This document shows, in pieces, positions 1 through 5,514 of a stretch of 63,859 nt of DNA. Position 1 is the first letter of the stretch. Each line of letters begins with the position of its first letter. Both the position numbers and the translations under genes were made by a program. The DNA comes from Camelus dromedarius. Lineage: Eukaryota. Where the stretch lies: positions 2,170,001 through 2,233,859 of the forward strand of contig NC_087472.1 of NCBI RefSeq assembly GCF_036321535.1, read 5' to 3'. The notes under the pieces are model-generated. The model searched no databases. It saw only the letters and a program-made list of their open reading frames with translations, and was not told the DNA's origin.

Positions 1-528
1 CGCCTCTCTATCCTGTTCCATTGATCTGTGTGTCTGTTTGGGGGCCAGAACCGCACTGTTTTGATTACTACAGCTTTGTAGTATAGTCCAATGTCAGGGA
101 GCATGATTTCTCCAGCTCTGTTCTTCATTCCCAAGATTGTTTTAGCTATTGGGGTTCTTTTCTTTTTCCAGACACTTTTTTAAATTATTTGTTCTGGTTC
201 TGAGAAAAATGCCATTGTTATTTTGACAGGGATTGCTTTGAATCTGTAGATTGCCTTGGGTAGTATGGTCACTGGGTTGTTTGGTCAACAACACTGATTC
301 TTCCAATCCAAGAACACGGTATATCTTTCCATCTGTTGGTGTCATCTTCAGCTTCTTGCATCAGTGTCTTGTAGTTATTGGAGTACAGGTCTTTGGTCTC
401 CTTAGCTAGGTTTATTACTAGATTATTTATTCTCTTTGATGTGATGGTAAATGGGATTGTTTCCTTAATTTCTCTTTCTGATACTCCTTTGTTAGTGTAT
501 AAGATGCAACAGATTTCTGTATATTAAT
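1..528 (-). mobile_element. LINE-1 fragment (5'-truncated end; continues before the window)
   Basis: Same sequence as 6906-7433; antisense L1 ORF2 sequence ending ...gatttctgtatattaat. Confidence 0.9.
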
Positions 529-1210
529 AATAATATTAAATAAGCTTCAGTATCTTAGTTTGTGAATGATATTGATTATACACGTACTGGTACTTAGGCA
601 GCCCAAGACTGAGTTTTGCTATTTTGTAAAACAAATTGGGAAAGTTTCCATCATACTGTGTCATGCCAAAGTAGGTAACACCGCATCGGAATAGAAATTT
701 ACTTGGAAATGTGAGAGTGATCAGCACTAAAATCGGTGGGGTCAAGAAAGAGAGAAGTAAAAGTAAACGATAGGTAATTATTGGCTCCTTATCCCTTTTC
801 TTCTGTCAGTCTATAAAATTATAATTATGTGTGTATAACCTGGATTTGTCTGGCTTAGTTAAGAAAGTAGGAGAAAATCAACCTGGATCAGTAGGATCCC
901 TGCTCACCATCTCAGTTCATCCGCAGACGTTCACCGAGCCTCTCCTCTCTGGAGGGCTCGGTGTTAGCAGTGGGGACACTCGGAAAAGCAGGACAGCCCA
1001 CACCTAGGATAGTCTAGGAGCCGCAGTCACATCGGGAAGTTGGTGAAAGGTCTCCTAAGTCCCATAGGGCAAATAAAAATAGGGCGAGGGGGTGGGGGTC
1101 CGGGAGAGAGCACCCAAGTGTAAGTGCCCAGCGCCAGGGCAGTTCGGGGCTTTGGGAAGCTGGGGGGGAGGTCCTTCTGTGGGAGGTGATGGTAATGAAG
1201 CTGGGTGGTG
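529..1210 (+). other. Detached distal MAGE-A 3' UTR and 3' flank belonging to the upstream gene copy
   Basis: aagcttcagtatcttagtttgtgaatga, aattgggaaa, tacttggaaatgtga, cctggatttgtctggctt, gtctaggagccgcagtcac and gggctttgggaagctg resemble the recalled human MAGEA1 distal 3' UTR and flank, in the same order. Repeats at 7434, 14707, 21979, 29255, 36528, 43620, 50896, 58172. Confidence 0.7.
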
Positions 1211-1700
1211 GCGGCAGGCAGACGTGCAGACGGCGCTTGTTAGTGGTGAGAGGAACGTGTCAGGTGGGAGATTGCTCTGAGAAGTCCCTCTGGGATCGTG
1301 GATACATCTCCTGGGCGAGGGGGGAAGGTGTACTTTGTTCAGGGATGCTTAGAGACCTGGTTATCCTGCCTGAGCTGCTAGGACACTCAGAATGCTCCAA
1401 CTGCAGGGAGGAGTGGCGTTTGACGTGGCTCACAGTGTACTCCGTCCTGGCATATATAGTTGAAGAGGTTTGGTAACCGCCCCAAACTTGGGGTAGGATT
1501 TACTGGGGTGTGTTCTTGGAAACGGTCTGCTGGACACTTACACTGATGGGTCAGCTCCCCTCGATGGTCAGAATCCAAAGCCATAGATGAGGAATGGTCC
1601 TGGACATCGCAGGGAGGAAACACCCACCGAGGCTGAATTCCAAACAGGGAATCCACCTCCGGCCCTCCCGACAGCCCTGGGAGACCCCCGGGCACGGGGT

Positions 1701-1712
1701 CCGGATGTGACG
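1701..1712 (+). promoter_or_regulatory. ETS/half-CRE composite CCGGATGTGACG, MAGE-A-type core promoter element
   Basis: The same 12-mer is recalled from the human MAGEA1 promoter, whose CpG-containing ETS sites are methylation sensitive. Also at 8606, 15879, 23151, 30427, 37700, 44792, 52068, 59344. Confidence 0.65.
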
Positions 1713-2671
1713 GGCGCTGATGCCCCCTCCCTGGGGGGTGAGAGAGGTGAGGGCCTGGGTGAGGGAGGCCGGCTTCAGGTCTGCACAGGGAAGGAGCCCA
1801 GCGCTGCCAGGAGTCAAGGTAGAACCGTGTGGAGGGACTCGGGTTGCAGGGAATCCAGGTCGGTTCTGCTGTCAGCCCTGGGAGACCGCAGGCAGGGTTG
1901 CGGGGATCAGTGCCCCAACCCCCACCCCCGCTTCCCTCTCGGGGGTCCTGGCTGTGGAGGGGCCTGGGTCCAAGGGGAGCAAACTGAGGTGGGCAGAGGG
2001 AGGGGCCCAGGCCCAGCCTGGAGCCCAGGTGAGGAGCAGAGGGAAGGCTGAGGGACCCCCGGGGAATCCATCTCAGCGCCTGGCGTCCACAGTCCTGGGA
2101 AGCCCTGGGCTTGGTGGCCTGCTGTGAGTCCACAGACGCCCCTGGGGGTCTCTGGGCAGTGAGGGCCTTGGTGTGAAGGTGTGGGCTCGGCTCAACAAGG
2201 GGGCGTCCCAGGACCCGCCGGGGCTCAAGGTGAGGACCCTGACGGAGGACAGCATGGGCCCCACAGATCCCCGCCCCTGCTGTCAGCCCTGGGAGGGCCT
2301 GGGTGGGATGAGCACTCGTGGGGCCCTGACTTCCTCACACCCGGGTCTCCGAGGGACGGGGGTCCTGCGATGAGGGGCGGGGCCTCGGGTGGCCAGAGGC
2401 TAGACGACACGACGCCTAAGTGACGACCCTGAGGGAAAACTGAGGGGACCCCGAACCCGGAAAAGAGGCCATCCCACAGAAAGGGGCCCTTGCTATCAGC
2501 TGTCCGGAGGCCCGAGGGCAGGACAGGCCCCCGTGTTGTGTCGTGACTGCGGCACCCTGGTCTCACAGAGACCGGGGACTTCGTGTGAGATGAGGGGGGG
2601 ACCCTCAGATCTGCAGAGGAGAGAATCCCAGGTCCCACTGGGAGTGAAGGTGACGACCGCGAGCGAGCAGT

Positions 2672-3031
2672 GAGGGACCCTGGACCCCAAAACACAGTCG
2701 GTCCTGGGAGGCCATAGGTCGGAATAAGCACCGGCGGCATTTCCCGCCATCCGGGTCTCGGAGGGACTGGGGTCCTGGGATGAGGGGCGGGGCTTCGGGG
2801 GTTCCAAGGGGAGGCTACATGCCGCCTGAGTCAAAGTGAGGACCCCGAGGGAGAACGGACGGATCTTGCACCCCGGGACAGTGTTGGACCTTGGAGGCCT
2901 TGGGGCAGGGTGACCACCTGCGGCGTTTCCTGCCATCCGGGTCTCGGAGGGACTGGGGTCATGGGATGAGGGGCGGGGCCTCGGGGGCTCCAAGGGGAGG
3001 CTACATGCCGCCTGAGTCAAAGTGAGGACCC
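2672..3031. repeat. 186-bp VNTR, unit 1, 2 copies (types A,C)
   Basis: ctgagtcaaaGTgaggacc with GT at 2836 and 3022. Confidence 0.95.
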
Positions 3032-4033
3032 TCAAGCAGGAAGGAGGGGCCCCTGAACCCAGAAAAGTGGCCATCCCACAGAGAGTCGCCCTTGCTTTCA
3101 GCTGTCCGGCGGCCCGAGGGGACGACAGCCCACGTGGTTTGTCCTGACTTCCGCATCCGAGTCTCAGACAGACCTGGGACATAGTGAAAGGGCGGGGGCC
3201 TCAGGTCTGCGGAGGAGAGAATCTCAGGGCCGCCTGGGAGTGAAGGTGACGACCGCGAGTTAGCATTCAGGGACCCTGGACCCCAAAACAGAGTCAGTCC
3301 TGGGAGGCCATGGGGCGGGAGGACCTCGGGCAGCAGTTCCTGAAATGCGGGTCTCAGAGGGACTGGGGTCTTGGTATGACGGGCGGGGCCTCAGGTGGGC
3401 TGAGAGGGGAATCCCAGGTCCTGCCAGGAGTCAAGGTGACCCCGAGGGAGGAGTGAGGGACCCGAGATCCCAGAACAGAGGGGACGCAACCGATCCTGCC
3501 CCTGCTGTCAGCCCTGGGAGGCCTCAATGCGGGATGAGCACACGTGGTGTGTCCTGACTTCGGCATCCAGGGCTCAGAGAGACCGGGGACCTACTATCAG
3601 GATGGGGCCCTCAGGTGGTTGCAGAGCAGAATCCCAGGTCCCGCTTGGAGTCCCGGTGAGGACCCTGAGTTAGCGCGGACAGGACCTCCCACCCTAGAAG
3701 AGTGGGAACCTGCCAGAGCCCAGGCCTCCTGCCAGCACGCGGGTCCAGGGCTGTGCCACAGTGTAGATCCGAGGTCTCCCCTCCTTTCTCTCCCAGGGGC
3801 TCCAGACACCGGGAAGGCCTAGGTCTGAGACACGTGTTCTCGGGTCACAGAGCACAGGAGGCTGGCAGTGCCAGGACTGAAGGTGAGGTGTGGGCCCTGA
3901 GTGTGTACCCGGGGGCTCCCGGAACAGAGGGGACCCCGCGAGGCCAACGTCCACTCCACACACCCCGTGTTGCCCCCAGAACCTCGGGCTGTGCCGGCTG
4001 CACCCTGAGGAGCCGCCTCACTTCCCCCGTCAG

Positions 4034-4102
4034 GTTCACAGACGACCGTCCACCAGGAGGAGAGCCCCTGTGAGGCCGAGGGCACCCCTGAAGAGGAGAC
4101 CT
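4034..4102 (+). other. Non-coding penultimate exon (69 nt) of the MAGE-A gene
   Basis: Flanked by acceptor cttcccccgtcAG (4032-4033) and donor GTAAGT (4103). Matches the recalled MAGEA layout (...GAAGATCT|gtaagtag). Other copies: 11311-11379, 18584-18652, 25856-25924, 33132-33200, 40220-40288, 47497-47565, 54773-54841, 62050-62118. Confidence 0.85.
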
Positions 4103-4176
4103 GTAAGTAGCCTTTGTCAGAGCCCCCCACGGTGGGTTTCTCAGCCCGGGCCACTGACACTCCCTTTCTTCCCCAG
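4103..4176 (+). other. 74-nt GT-AG intron before the coding exon
   Basis: GTAAGT donor, branch point CACTGAC at 4152-4158, pyrimidine tract tccctttcttcccc, AG at 4175-4176. The exon then starts GCCCGTGGGTC, like recalled human GCCTGTGGGTC. Present in all 9 units. Confidence 0.85.
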
Positions 4177-4254
4177 GCCCGTGGGTCCCCATCTGTCACC
4201 CCTGCCCTCGCTGCTCTCAGCTGCCCGACACCACTCACCGTGCCTCCCGTTCAG

Positions 4255-5259
4255 ATGCGTGACCTCCACCACACTGAAGCCGACTTTCACGACCCAAGAG
4301 AGGCTGAGGATTCCGAGGATGAGCAGGACATTTGGGTTGAGGAGGAGGAGGGCGCATCCCCGTTGTCTCCCTCCTCCTCCTCCTCCTCCTCCTCCTCCTC
4401 CTTCTCCTCCTCGTCTTCCTACTCAGTCCTGTTCCTGGGCAGTGGCGAGGAGGTGGCTGATTCTGGGACACCCAGTCCCGCGCAGAGCCCTCAGGGTGTC
4501 TGCCCCTCCCCCACAGCCGTGGCAGCCCCTCCCTGGAGCCAGTCGGAAGACAATGGCCTCAGAAGCCAAGGTGAGGAGGGGCCCAGCACCGGGCAGGACC
4601 CGGCAGATGCCGAGTCCCGGCTCCACGATGCATTACATTTGATGATGGTTGACCTGATGGGCTTCCTGCTCCACAAGTACCGCACAAAGCAGCCGACCTC
4701 AAAAGAGGAAATGCTGAATGCGGTCCTCAGAGATGACCGGGACCACTTCCCTGCGGTCTTGAGCCAAGCCTCTGAGTGTCTGCAGCTGGTCTTTGGGGTG
4801 GATGTGAAGGAGGTGGACCCCAGGGAGCACTTGTATGTCCTGGTCCCCACCCTGGGCCTCACCTACGATGGCATGCAGGACGATGGGCAGAGCATTCCCA
4901 AGACTGGCCTCCTGCTGATACTTCTGGGTGTGATTGTCCTGGAGGGCGACTTTGCTCCTGAGGAGGCAGTCTGGGGAGCACTTAGCAAGATGGGGCTGTG
5001 TGCTGGGAGGGAGCACTTCATCTATGGGGAGCCCAGGGAGCTCATCACCAACGTGTGGGTGCGGGAGGGGTACGTGGAGTACCGGCAGGTGGCCAACAGC
5101 GATCCCGCTCGCCACGAGTTCCTGTGGGGTCCCCGGGCCTACACGGAGACCAGCAAGCTGCAAGTCCTGGAACATTTCCTCAGGATCAATAGAAGGGGTC
5201 CCAGTTCTTTCCCGTCCCTGTCTGAAGAGCGAGTGAGTGATGAGGAAGAGGGGGCCTGA
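4255..5259 (+). CDS. MAGEA: MAGE-A family protein (MAGE-A10-like), copy 1, 334 aa, single coding exon
   Basis: MAGE homology domain motifs DLMGFLLHKY, FPAVLSQASECLQLVFGVDVKEVDP, LGLTYDGM, PKTGLL, EHFIYGEPRELIT, VEYRQVANSDPARHEFLWGPRA, plus a Ser-rich/acidic N-terminus. First ATG of the coding exon is at 4255. The ORF-track start at 4114 is an intronic TTG. Exact orthologue not assignable. Confidence 0.95.
   Translation: MRDLHHTEADFHDPREAEDSEDEQDIWVEEEEGASPLSPSSSSSSSSSSFSSSSSYSVLFLGSGEEVADSGTPSPAQSPQGVCPSPTAVAAPPWSQSEDNGLRSQGEEGPSTGQDPADAESRLHDALHLMMVDLMGFLLHKYRTKQPTSKEEMLNAVLRDDRDHFPAVLSQASECLQLVFGVDVKEVDPREHLYVLVPTLGLTYDGMQDDGQSIPKTGLLLILLGVIVLEGDFAPEEAVWGALSKMGLCAGREHFIYGEPRELITNVWVREGYVEYRQVANSDPARHEFLWGPRAYTETSKLQVLEHFLRINRRGPSSFPSLSEERVSDEEEGA
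4372..4401 (+). repeat. Coding (TCC)n microsatellite, poly-Ser
   Basis: Ser codon run before TTC is 10, 8, 8, 10, 9, 9, 10, 10, 6 in copies 1-9. Confidence 0.97.
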
Positions 5260-5497
5260 GCCAGACTTGCAGCTGGGCTCCTTCTAGGCCCCTGTCCGGC
5301 AGCTTCTCCTGCCGGGCAGGAAGTGAGGCTGACTCTTCACTGTGTGTCTGAGGAGCAAGGAGTCAGCATCCTAAGTAGTGAGGGCCCGGGCCAGTGGGGG
5401 GGACACGGTGTACAGCATCTCTGGGCTCCTGTTCTCTACAATGATATGGAAGTTCATCTTCATTTCCTTTAGTGATGTTTCAGATGTTATTCGTTTT

Positions 5498-5503
5498 AAT
5501 AAA
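5498..5503 (+). terminator. Candidate polyadenylation signal AATAAA, 239 nt after the stop codon
   Basis: AATAAA in copies 1, 2, 3, 6, 9 (5498, 12769, 20042, 41681, 63502); CATAAA in copies 4, 5, 7, 8 (27320, 34593, 48961, 56237). Followed by a T-rich stretch. Usage is inferred. Confidence 0.55.
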
Positions 5504-5514
5504 TATCAATATAC

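Larger units (their letters stand above)
1640..3900 (+). promoter_or_regulatory. GC/CpG-rich 5' region built of degenerate ~190-230 bp promoter/first-exon-like modules
   Basis: Recurrent module end GAGTCAAG|GTGAGGACC or variants with GT at 1819, 2029, 2230, 2420, 2650, 2836, 3022, 3246, 3436, 3656, 3883; GC boxes GGGGCGGGGC. Equivalent region in every unit. Confidence 0.7.

Noticed and set aside
276-292. GTTGTT-tggtc-AACAAC hairpin in a small apparent insertion within the L1
   Set aside because: A 6-bp stem in dead L1 sequence; likely a one-off mutation copied by the amplification.
1421-1460. TGACGTGG (CRE/UPRE-like) and a TATA-like catatatag upstream of the ETS element
   Set aside because: Single short motifs ~250-280 bp from the likely core promoter; MAGE-A promoters are described as TATA-less CpG promoters; chance occurrence cannot be excluded.
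1387-2133. 248-aa minus-strand ORF and the other 60-170 aa ORFs over the GC-rich 5' region
   Set aside because: No recognisable domain; Pro/Gly/Arg bias expected from GC content. Recurrence in each unit reflects the duplication, not selection.
2672-3031. Repeat array as CRISPR-like or as a mobile element
   Set aside because: Eukaryotic context; contiguous 186-bp units with no unique spacers, no terminal repeats and no TSDs.
4114-4254. 47-aa N-terminal extension MSEPPTVGF... shown in the ORF track
   Set aside because: It starts at a TTG inside the 74-nt intron (4103-4176); not present in spliced mRNA.
3890-4318. Upstream part of the 250-aa + strand ORF (MGPECVPGG...)
   Set aside because: Non-ATG start; it crosses intron-exon boundaries; low-complexity GC-rich composition. 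Only the part from ATG 4319 is plausible.
4699-5175. 158-aa and 123-aa antisense ORFs over the MAGE CDS
   Set aside because: Shadow frames of a GC-rich coding sequence; no independent support.
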